NCBI GenBank assembly: GCA_964587425.1
Contig: CAZPLB010000003.1
Location: forward strand, 60,763 to 124,762
Reading direction: 5' to 3'
DNA: 64,000 bases
Source of the DNA: an uncultured Gammaproteobacteria bacterium
Lineage (GTDB): Bacteria > Patescibacteriota > Microgenomatia > UBA8517
In this document: piece after piece, positions 57,226 through 64,000 of the stretch
Numbering within the stretch: position 1 is the first letter of the stretch
How the letters are laid out: each line of letters starts with the position of its first letter
Made by a program: the position numbers and the translations under genes
The notes under the pieces: model-generated
The model's input: the letters and a program-made list of their open reading frames with translations, nothing else
Database searches by the model: none
Told to the model about the DNA's origin: nothing

Positions 57226-58097
57226 TAAATTAATTCAACAAGTCTATCAATTCCAAAAGAGAAGCCGACAGCAGGGATATCTCGTCCGGCAAACATGCCA
57301 ATCAGTTTGTCATATCTGCCTCCTCCTCCAATAGATTGCTCCTCTGGCTTCCCAGTTGGTTTCAATTCAAGAATTGTAGAGGTGTAGTAGTCAAGACCTC
57401 GGGCCAGTGTTGGATCAAAGAAAAAGTCATTTCCTTCTTTCAGACCATACTCTTTTTCAAGAACTTCGAATATATCTTTCAAATTTTCGGTTGGCTTCAA
57501 TCCCTCAACAAAGTCAATTAATTTTTTCTCAGTATTTTCCTTTCCAATTTTATATATCTTATCTATTATTCGAATATCAGCTACTGACAGTCCTTCAAAA
57601 TTTTCCCTGTCATTAATAGCCATTTGAGCTTTCTCTAAACCAATTTTTCTGGCAGATTTCAAGGCAGCTGCAATTACTTTTGCATCCATCTTCAAATCCT
57701 TTGATCCAACTATATCTGCATCAAATTGTGTAAATTCACGATATCTTCCTTTCTGTGTATTTTCACCCCTAAAGACTTGTCCTATTTGATAGCGTGCAAA
57801 GGAACCCTTTGCAATCAACTCTAAATTATTGGCAATGTACCGAGCCAGCGGCACAGTCAAGTCGTATCGAAGTGCCAAATCTCGTCCACCTCGATCAGTG
57901 AATTCATATATAAGTTTCTCCTCTTCACCATATTTCCCTTTTAAAGTTTCTGCAAACTCAATTGTAGGAGTCTCAAGAGGGGAGAAATCAAACTCTTCCA
58001 ATACATCAGCAATCAAGCTTATTGTCTCACGCCTTTTCTTGGCAAGCGATGAATCAATGTCTCTAAATCCTTTTGGTGTAACTGGACCCTTTTGCAT
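57225..58097 (-). CDS. hisS: Histidyl-tRNA synthetase catalytic core (no anticodon-binding domain)
   Basis: Start at the Met at 58097 ('MQKGPVTPKGFRD' is the HisRS N-terminus); motif 2 'FRGENTQKGRYREFTQFDADIVG', motif 3 'GGGGRYDKLIGMFAG...AVGFSFGIDRL'. The gene ends at 57225 where the EamA gene begins, leaving no room for a C-terminal domain. Confidence 0.7.
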   Translation of the reverse strand: MQKGPVTPKGFRDIDSSLAKKRRETISLIADVLEEFDFSPLETPTIEFAETLKGKYGEEEKLIYEFTDRGGRDLALRYDLTVPLARYIANNLELIAKGSFARYQIGQVFRGENTQKGRYREFTQFDADIVGSKDLKMDAKVIAAALKSARKIGLEKAQMAINDRENFEGLSVADIRIIDKIYKIGKENTEKKLIDFVEGLKPTENLKDIFEVLEKEYGLKEGNDFFFDPTLARGLDYYTSTILELKPTGKPEEQSIGGGGRYDKLIGMFAGRDIPAVGFSFGIDRLVELI

Positions 58098-58166
58098 ATC
58101 TAGTGTGAATAATAACAGGAATGTGAAGTTTTTAGAAGGTTCTTTACAAACCAGCAAACAATATCT

Positions 58167-58619
58167 CTAAACCGTGAGAACCAATTCTTCCTCACCCACT
58201 CGAAGCACTGGCATATCGTCTACAGTTGGTTTGTCTAAGTTTATTATGAAATACAATCTTCCATCCATATCAAGAACCTGAAAAAAATAATTGGGGTAAT
58301 CATTATTCTTAAAAAACCACTGTCCCTTCACCTTGGGGTACCATTTAATATCTTGAACACTGAATTGTCGCTTCATCCTTTCAAGCTCTTTGGTTTGGGT
58401 AATGCGTTCAAAATTTCCCGCCCCATTAACACCTCGAACTACTACATCTGATTTTATCCTTTTTCTTAACGGTAGTGATTCCTCCATTGTAAAACGATGT
58501 GCCCCGGCACCATATTCGTGACCCTTTTCGACACATGAAAGAATTTTCTCATCATTCAATGACTCGCGAATTACATGCACCACTTCACGAACGTAAATTT
58601 TGTCGGTTTCCTTACTCAT
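58167..58619 (-). CDS. Hypothetical protein
   Basis: 150-aa ORF with no domain recognised. Confidence 0.45.
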   Translation of the reverse strand: MSKETDKIYVREVVHVIRESLNDEKILSCVEKGHEYGAGAHRFTMEESLPLRKRIKSDVVVRGVNGAGNFERITQTKELERMKRQFSVQDIKWYPKVKGQWFFKNNDYPNYFFQVLDMDGRLYFIINLDKPTVDDMPVLRVGEEELVLTV

Positions 58620-58640
58620 ATATTCCTATCTTATACTTAT

Positions 58641-59651
58641 TTATTTTGAAGTAACTATCCAAATATTTCTAGCAGTTAATTTATTCTCTGTTACTTCCCC
58701 AGCTACTATCACCAAACTATCATTTGTTAAATTAACAAACTTAGAAAGTACTGTCTTGCCGTTCTGTAGTTTGAAAACTGACACTCCGTCAGTAGAAAGA
58801 GAAGCTGCAAAAGTTTGTCCAGATTTCGTTTTCAAGTTAAATGTATTTTTGGTTAAGTCACTAACTTTGCCAATTAATATTTTTCTCTTTGAGGCAGTTA
58901 AAGTGTCAGTAACTAATACCCTAGAGGATTCCAGTACGCCATTTGCATTCTTTGTTCCCATAGCAACAACAAAGTCTCCAATAGCAAGATCATTCTTTTT
59001 AATTACTTTTGAAGTAGTAGCTGTTGATTTAATGAAAACAGTGGTTGTTGGATTAATGGAAATTTGCTGTATCTCTCCTTTTAAGTTTTTAATTTGAATA
59101 GTATCATCTGGCAAATCTGTAACTATTCCAAGGTAACTTGTTCCTCTCTGTGTCACTTTGTCTAATTTCTCCTGCACCTTCTTCCTCACCGCATCTTCAG
59201 TTGCCGTACTTATTGAAGCGTCAGTAGTTGTTTCTTTTTGAAACTCAGTTGAAAAAACAAGAAGTAAATCTGTTTCAATTGAATTTTCGCTCATATCAAA
59301 TGAAGCAAGTTTGACTTGGTTTGCCCCACCACTCAGTTCCAATGGAACTTCAAAAGTTCCAGAGTCTGTTGCAACTTGAAGTTCATCATCTTCTTCCCCT
59401 GAAACCACCACAAACGATTGCGGTTTAACTAGCCCCGAAATATTAGTAGGGGATGAGGTTATCACTTCAAAATTGTCTGGTTTTGCAATAGCAATCTTTA
59501 GCTGTGTTGTTTTGTCTTGTACTGTTTGTTTTGAAGGTTCGCTGTTTGGAGTCTTACTGTTCAAGTAGCTATTTGCCCTCCAAACTCCAAAAGCAACAAG
59601 AAGACCAAACAAACTTCCCGCCAAAATTGCCAAGAAAACTTCCTTGTTCAT
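58641..59651 (-). CDS. Membrane-anchored surface protein with repeated beta-rich segments
   Basis: 336 aa; N-terminal TM 'VFLAILAGSLFGLLVAFGVW', S/T-rich extracytoplasmic region. Confidence 0.5.
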   Translation of the reverse strand: MNKEVFLAILAGSLFGLLVAFGVWRANSYLNSKTPNSEPSKQTVQDKTTQLKIAIAKPDNFEVITSSPTNISGLVKPQSFVVVSGEEDDELQVATDSGTFEVPLELSGGANQVKLASFDMSENSIETDLLLVFSTEFQKETTTDASISTATEDAVRKKVQEKLDKVTQRGTSYLGIVTDLPDDTIQIKNLKGEIQQISINPTTTVFIKSTATTSKVIKKNDLAIGDFVVAMGTKNANGVLESSRVLVTDTLTASKRKILIGKVSDLTKNTFNLKTKSGQTFAASLSTDGVSVFKLQNGKTVLSKFVNLTNDSLVIVAGEVTENKLTARNIWIVTSK

Positions 59652-59722
59652 ATATTAGGTACCAAATACTATATGAAATTGGCCTTGAAAGTCAAGGCAA
59701 ACCATGTTAATTTGAGAGACAA

Positions 59723-60373
59723 ATGGAAATAACATATCTGGGTCAGTCCTCCTTTAAGATTAAAACAAAGAATTCTATAGTCATTACTGATCCATTTGAT
59801 CCAAAGATGGTAGGACTAAAGTTTGAAAAGCAGGAAGCAAACATTGTGACTGTCTCCCACCACCATAATGACCACGACAATCTTGGAGCGATCGATGGAA
59901 CCATGAAAGTTATAGATGGCCCTGGGGAATATGACATTGCAGACGTTGCAGTACGAGGTTTTAAAACATATCACGATAATTCAGAAGGCAAAGAAAGAGG
60001 AAAAAACACAATTTATGTTATCGAAGCAGACGGAGTAAAGGTATTGCATCTTGGAGACTTGGGTCACAAATTATCAGAAGGTCTGCTTAAGGAATTGGGG
60101 AGTATTGATGTCGTCATAGTTCCAGTTGGGGGAGTGTACACACTAAATGGGAAAGAGGCAGTTGAGGTAGTAAGGCAAATCGAACCAACCATCACTATTC
60201 CAATGCATTTTAAAGTAGATGGTATGGCTCCAGACCTTGCCAAAGATATGGAAACTGTAGATCCATTCTTAAGTGAATTAGGAGGAAGAGTTGAAAGAAT
60301 GCAAAAATTATCACTCAAAGCTGCTGATTTAACGAGCGAGGAGGCACATGTCGTCGTCCTTGAAAAGAAGTAG
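59723..60373 (+). CDS. MBL-fold metal-dependent hydrolase (UPF0173/UlaG-like)
   Basis: 216 aa; 'VSHHHNDHD' metal-binding motif, 'HLGDLGH'. Confidence 0.7.
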   Translation: MEITYLGQSSFKIKTKNSIVITDPFDPKMVGLKFEKQEANIVTVSHHHNDHDNLGAIDGTMKVIDGPGEYDIADVAVRGFKTYHDNSEGKERGKNTIYVIEADGVKVLHLGDLGHKLSEGLLKELGSIDVVIVPVGGVYTLNGKEAVEVVRQIEPTITIPMHFKVDGMAPDLAKDMETVDPFLSELGGRVERMQKLSLKAADLTSEEAHVVVLEKK

Positions 60374-62978
60374 TTCTCCAAAAGTCCCGCCCCATTCAAC
60401 AGAAGCTGAAATTTCAGTTTTAGGTGCACTTCTTTTGGACAAAGACGCAATAGTAAATGTAGCAGAATTCCTGGAGGGAAGGCATTTCTATGATGAAAGG
60501 CACCAAGAAATATATGAAACCATTCTTGTGCTTTACGAAGAAAGATCTCCGATTGATATCTTAACTGTCTCAGATAGACTCAAGAAAAGAAAAACCTTGA
60601 AGAAAGTAGGAGGATCTTCATATCTCTCGGATTTAGTAAATAAAGTTCCAACCTCAGCCCACATTGAGCATTATGGAAAAATAGTGAAAGATGCCAGTAC
60701 AAAAAGATCTCTTTTAAACGCAGCCATGCAGCTAGTTGATTTTTCCTTTGATGAAGGGCTTGGTGCAAACGAACTGCTGGACAAAGCAGAAGCAGAAATT
60801 TTCTCCCTCACCCAAAAACATCTCTCCCAAAGTTTTACTCCAGTCAGAGCCGCTCTTGCTGATTCATTTGATAGGCTAGATGAACTACATAAACTAGATT
60901 CCAACCTTAGAGGGGTTCCAACTGGTTTTGCAGATCTAGACAATCTTCTTGCAGGACTCCAAAAATCAAACCTCATAATCCTTGCAGCAAGGCCAGGTGT
61001 TGGGAAAACTTCGCTTGCCTTGAATATTGGCCAGCACTTGGCAGTCACCCATAAACGCCCTGTCGGTTTCTTCTCACTTGAAATGAGCAAGGAGGAATTG
61101 GTGGACAGACTTCTTGTGGCCCAAGCAGATATTGATGCTTGGAAATTAAAAACTGGAAAGTTAAACAACGACGATTTCACAGCCCTTAGTAACGCAATGG
61201 GGGAGTTGGCAGAAGCACCTTTTTACATAGACGACACCCCAGCCCTTTCCATTCTTGAAATGAGAACAAAGGCAAGAAGACTGCAGGTGGAGTATGGAAT
61301 TGATCTTCTCATAGTTGATTACCTACAGCTTGCAAGAAGTAGAAACCTTGAGAATAGAGTTCAAGAGGTTTCAGAAATCTCACAAGGCTTAAAAAACTTA
61401 GCCAGGGAACTAAAGATTCCAGTCCTAACTCTTTCCCAGCTTTCAAGAGCTGTAGAACAAAGAGGAACCAAAAAACCTCAGCTTGCAGATCTTCGTGAAT
61501 CAGGATGTTTGCTGGGGGAAACTTTGATACTCAACGCAGAAACTGGTGAGCGTAAAACAATTGAATCTCTAGTAGGGGAAGAAAACATCAAAATACTTGC
61601 AATGGACGAAAATCTGAAAATTATACCAGCTGAAGTAAGTAAGATTTTTAAAAGTGGAAAGAAAATGGTCTACAAAATGACGCTAAAAAGCGGCAGAGTA
61701 ATAAACGCCTCTGGAAATCATCCATTCCTAAAGGTTCAGGATTGGGAAAGACTTGATAATTTGAATATTGGCGACAGAATCGCTGCCCCTAGATTAATCA
61801 ATAATGAAACCAAGAATGCGGTTGAACTATCCGACAACAAATTAATTCTCTTAGCTCATTTAATAGGGGATGGATGCTATGTTAAAAGGCAACCCCTGCA
61901 CTACACAAATTCTGAAATAAAGCTGATTGAAATAGTTAAAGACACAGCCCTTTCTGAATTCAAAATAAAACCTCGAATAGTAAAACAAGAAAATTGGTAT
62001 CACCTATATCTTCCATCAATTGAAAAATTGGCTCGTGGAAAAAGAAACCCAATTGTTAGGTGGTTGGATGAAGAATTGAGTATTTATGGCCAACATTCCA
62101 GACAAAAAGAAATCCCATCAATTGTTATGACACAACCAAAGGAAAAACTAGCTGTATTCCTCAAAAATTTATGGGCAACAGATGGTTGTATCCACCTAAA
62201 TTCAAATCTCCAAGGACCAAAAGTAAGAATTTACTACGCTTCAGGCAGTTGGAAGCTTGCAGAGGGAGTTGCCCATCTTCTTCTTAGATTTGGAATAATA
62301 TCAACAATTAGAGCAGGCCACAAGGCAGGCTATGAGGTTGTTTGGCAGGTTCATGTACAAGGAAAAGTTGATCAATTAAATTTCCTGCAAAAAATTGGCT
62401 GTGTTGGGAAGAAAGAAGATTTTTGCAAGAAAGCGATCACTATTCTTCAAAATATCAAAGAAAATCCAAACAATGATGTAATTCCAAAAGAAATATGGAA
62501 TTACATTGAAAAACTAAGAATAGAAAGAGGGCTATCTACTCGTCAGTTCCATCATGAAATGGGTTGGGCATATAGTGGAACACAAAGATTAAAAAATGGA
62601 GTAAGCAGAAAAAGACTAGTGGAAATTTTAAAAGTACTTGAAAACAAAGAACTCGAGTCTTTTGCACAGTCAGATATCTATTGGGATGAGGTTAAAAGTG
62701 TCGAAAAGATAGGAATCAAAGATGTATATGACATGACTGTTCCCATATATGCAAATTTCATCGCCAATGATATTGTAGTTCACAACAGTATAGAGCAAGA
62801 TGCCGACGTAGTAATGTTTTTGTGGAGAGAGGATGAAGAGAAATTGGAAGACATGATTCTTGAAATTTCAAAACATAGAAATGGACCCCTTGGACAAGTG
62901 AAGCTTCACTTCAAGGGTGATAGAATAAGGTTCTATGGACGTGAAACAAAACACCAGCAAAGCCCGCAAGGAAAGTAG
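60348..62978 (+). CDS. dnaB: Replicative DNA helicase DnaB, interrupted by an in-frame intein
   Basis: 876-aa ORF; N-terminal 'PPHSTEAEISVLGALLL'; Walker A 'ARPGVGKTSLAL'; 'LSQLSRAVEQR'; the C-terminal 'SIEQDADVVMFLWRED' follows a 427-aa insertion. The extein is ~449 aa. Confidence 0.9.
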   Translation: MSSSLKRSSSPKVPPHSTEAEISVLGALLLDKDAIVNVAEFLEGRHFYDERHQEIYETILVLYEERSPIDILTVSDRLKKRKTLKKVGGSSYLSDLVNKVPTSAHIEHYGKIVKDASTKRSLLNAAMQLVDFSFDEGLGANELLDKAEAEIFSLTQKHLSQSFTPVRAALADSFDRLDELHKLDSNLRGVPTGFADLDNLLAGLQKSNLIILAARPGVGKTSLALNIGQHLAVTHKRPVGFFSLEMSKEELVDRLLVAQADIDAWKLKTGKLNNDDFTALSNAMGELAEAPFYIDDTPALSILEMRTKARRLQVEYGIDLLIVDYLQLARSRNLENRVQEVSEISQGLKNLARELKIPVLTLSQLSRAVEQRGTKKPQLADLRESGCLLGETLILNAETGERKTIESLVGEENIKILAMDENLKIIPAEVSKIFKSGKKMVYKMTLKSGRVINASGNHPFLKVQDWERLDNLNIGDRIAAPRLINNETKNAVELSDNKLILLAHLIGDGCYVKRQPLHYTNSEIKLIEIVKDTALSEFKIKPRIVKQENWYHLYLPSIEKLARGKRNPIVRWLDEELSIYGQHSRQKEIPSIVMTQPKEKLAVFLKNLWATDGCIHLNSNLQGPKVRIYYASGSWKLAEGVAHLLLRFGIISTIRAGHKAGYEVVWQVHVQGKVDQLNFLQKIGCVGKKEDFCKKAITILQNIKENPNNDVIPKEIWNYIEKLRIERGLSTRQFHHEMGWAYSGTQRLKNGVSRKRLVEILKVLENKELESFAQSDIYWDEVKSVEKIGIKDVYDMTVPIYANFIANDIVVHNSIEQDADVVMFLWREDEEKLEDMILEISKHRNGPLGQVKLHFKGDRIRFYGRETKHQQSPQGK
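61506..62786 (+). mobile_element. DnaB intein (427 aa) with LAGLIDADG homing-endonuclease domain
   Basis: Begins with Cys after '...DLRESG' (block A 'CLLGETLIL'); block B 'SGNHPF'; LAGLIDADG motifs 'LILLAHLIGDGCYV' and 'LAVFLKNLWATDGCIHL'; ends 'VYDMTVPIYANFIANDIVVHN' followed by Ser of the C-extein. This is the canonical DnaB insertion site. Confidence 0.85.
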
Positions 62979-62981
62979 ATT

Positions 62982-63191
62982 ATGATAGAAAGACCAAACG
63001 AAATACAGAAAAAAAGTAGAGAAGAGCCCAAAACTTTAAGAGATGAAGTAGATTTTTATTCACATCGGCGTGGAGGTGTAAAAGCTTATGGAACTAGTGA
63101 TTTTGGAATAATCTATGAAATTACTGAATTAAGAATAAAACCAACTCCAGAATTGAAACAGCGACCCGAAAGTAATAATATTAATGAATGA
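62982..63191 (+). CDS. Small hypothetical protein
   Basis: 69-aa ORF immediately after dnaB. Confidence 0.35.
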   Translation: MIERPNEIQKKSREEPKTLRDEVDFYSHRRGGVKAYGTSDFGIIYEITELRIKPTPELKQRPESNNINE

Positions 63192-63610
63192 TTGGTCTTA
63201 CTCCACTTGCTCTCCTTTTTACTCTAGGAGCTATTGGCATCTCAGAAACTGTTTACTTGATCAAGAAAAGACATGCTGAAGCAGCTCCAGTATGTTTTAT
63301 TGGTGCAGATTGCCACACAGTTCTTGAAAGCAAATACAATACAATTCTTGGAATCCATAATGATATTTTAGGGTTATTATTCTATATTTTTATTTCCATC
63401 ATGAGTGCCCTAATCCTTATTGAAGCTTTCCCTGTTGAACTTCTAAAACTAATTGATGTAATTGCAATAATATTGGGAGCAGTCATGTCAGTTTACTTCA
63501 CATACCTTCAAAAATTTGTAATCAAAGCTTGGTGTTTTTGGTGCTTGATGAGTGCCTTAACAGTTTTTACAATGACAGTAATAGTAATTCTTGCAGGATT
63601 CACAATATGA
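63188..63610 (+). CDS. VKOR-family (vitamin K epoxide reductase-like) thiol-disulfide oxidoreductase membrane protein
   Basis: 140 aa; loop cysteines 'VCFIGADC', TM CXXC 'WCFWC', 4 TM helices. Confidence 0.55.
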   Translation: MIGLTPLALLFTLGAIGISETVYLIKKRHAEAAPVCFIGADCHTVLESKYNTILGIHNDILGLLFYIFISIMSALILIEAFPVELLKLIDVIAIILGAVMSVYFTYLQKFVIKAWCFWCLMSALTVFTMTVIVILAGFTI

Positions 63611-63978
63611 ATAAAACTAGTTTTCATATATTAAGAGTTGGAATAGCAATAACTTTTCTTTGGATTGGAGTTCTAATCCTCAAAAACCCAGTTGCATGGA
63701 GCGGTTACATTCAAGGTTGGGTGGTAAACCTACTCTCTGTACCCCCAGAACAGGTGATGATAATGATTGCAATCCAAGACCTTGCAATTGGAGCATTCCT
63801 GCTTATAGATATGTTTACCTGGTTTTTTGCAGCTGCTGCGGTACTTCACCTTGCAACTGTGTTAATTGTTTCTGGAATAAACGATGTAACAATTCGTGAT
63901 GTTGGACTGCTTTCAGCAAGCCTTGCGTTGTTTGCTCAAACCCTTCCTCAATGGGTTATCTCAAAATTCAAACATTAA
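63607..63978 (+). CDS. DoxX-like small membrane protein
   Basis: 123 aa from the ATG at 63607 (overlapping the VKOR stop, ATGA); 3-4 TM helices 'ILRVGIAITFLWIGVLIL'. Confidence 0.45.
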   Translation: MNKTSFHILRVGIAITFLWIGVLILKNPVAWSGYIQGWVVNLLSVPPEQVMIMIAIQDLAIGAFLLIDMFTWFFAAAAVLHLATVLIVSGINDVTIRDVGLLSASLALFAQTLPQWVISKFKH

Positions 63979-64000
63979 GCATTTGTGCCGAGGGAGAGAA

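Noticed and set aside
57225-58157. HisZ (ATP phosphoribosyltransferase regulatory subunit) instead of HisRS
   Set aside because: Motif 3 (GGGRYD) and the histidine-binding residues are intact and no his-biosynthesis context is visible; HisRS catalytic core is retained as the call, though HisZ cannot be fully excluded without phylogeny.
1-64000. Alternative genetic code (UGA recoding, as in some CPR lineages)
   Set aside because: topA (7494-7496), ybaB (26064-26066) and other conserved genes end with TGA at the expected protein length, and no conserved gene is fragmented at TGA, so the standard code applies.
1-64000. CRISPR arrays, rRNA or tRNA genes
   Set aside because: No regularly spaced direct repeats were seen. 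The only T-loop-like strings (TTCGAAT near 17555, 34205, 57565) lie inside ORFs and lack flanking acceptor or T stems, so no tRNA is supported.

Overview
The window reads as a compact, low-GC bacterial chromosome segment with short, tightly packed genes, in the style of a CPR/Patescibacteria genome. Hand counts give roughly 34-39% GC for most genes. The standard genetic code applies: TGA terminates topA, ybaB and other conserved genes at their expected lengths. Almost all of the sequence is coding. The housekeeping backbone is: mreB-PBP2; dprA; topA; a long deoxypyrimidine/thymidylate operon (dcd-like, dut, thyX, a DNPH1/Rcl-like N-hydrolase, tmk, tdk, glyA, folD); rpsB-tsf-frr; rseP; proS; HIT-yqeY-ybeY-dnaX-ybaB-(glycoside hydrolase)-recR; cysS; ychF; rpsF-ssb-rpsR; ctpA; a domain-1-less class-I release factor; rpmE; a HisRS catalytic core lacking the anticodon-binding domain; and dnaB interrupted by a 427-aa LAGLIDADG intein. 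Accessory content: a Phd-VapC toxin-antitoxin pair with a palindromic operator inside its promoter; a retropepsin-like protease plus small partner; a class-II Fic protein; a complete CsoR-controlled copper island (CsoR, two cupredoxin-like proteins of which one is fused to a DsbD_2-like membrane domain, CopZ, CopA) with a GC-rich operator palindrome; an Abi-alpha-like abortive-infection gene; three tandem VOC/glyoxalase paralogs; two divergent NUDIX hydrolases; and several clusters of unrecognisable genes (7454-8988, 20695-23152, 29947-33985, 45539-46725), some with locally elevated GC. No rRNA, tRNA or CRISPR arrays were found. The most unusual items are the DNPH1-like hydrolase and the elongated dCTP-deaminase homolog embedded in the dTMP operon, the truncated release factor and HisRS, and the orphan gene clusters.
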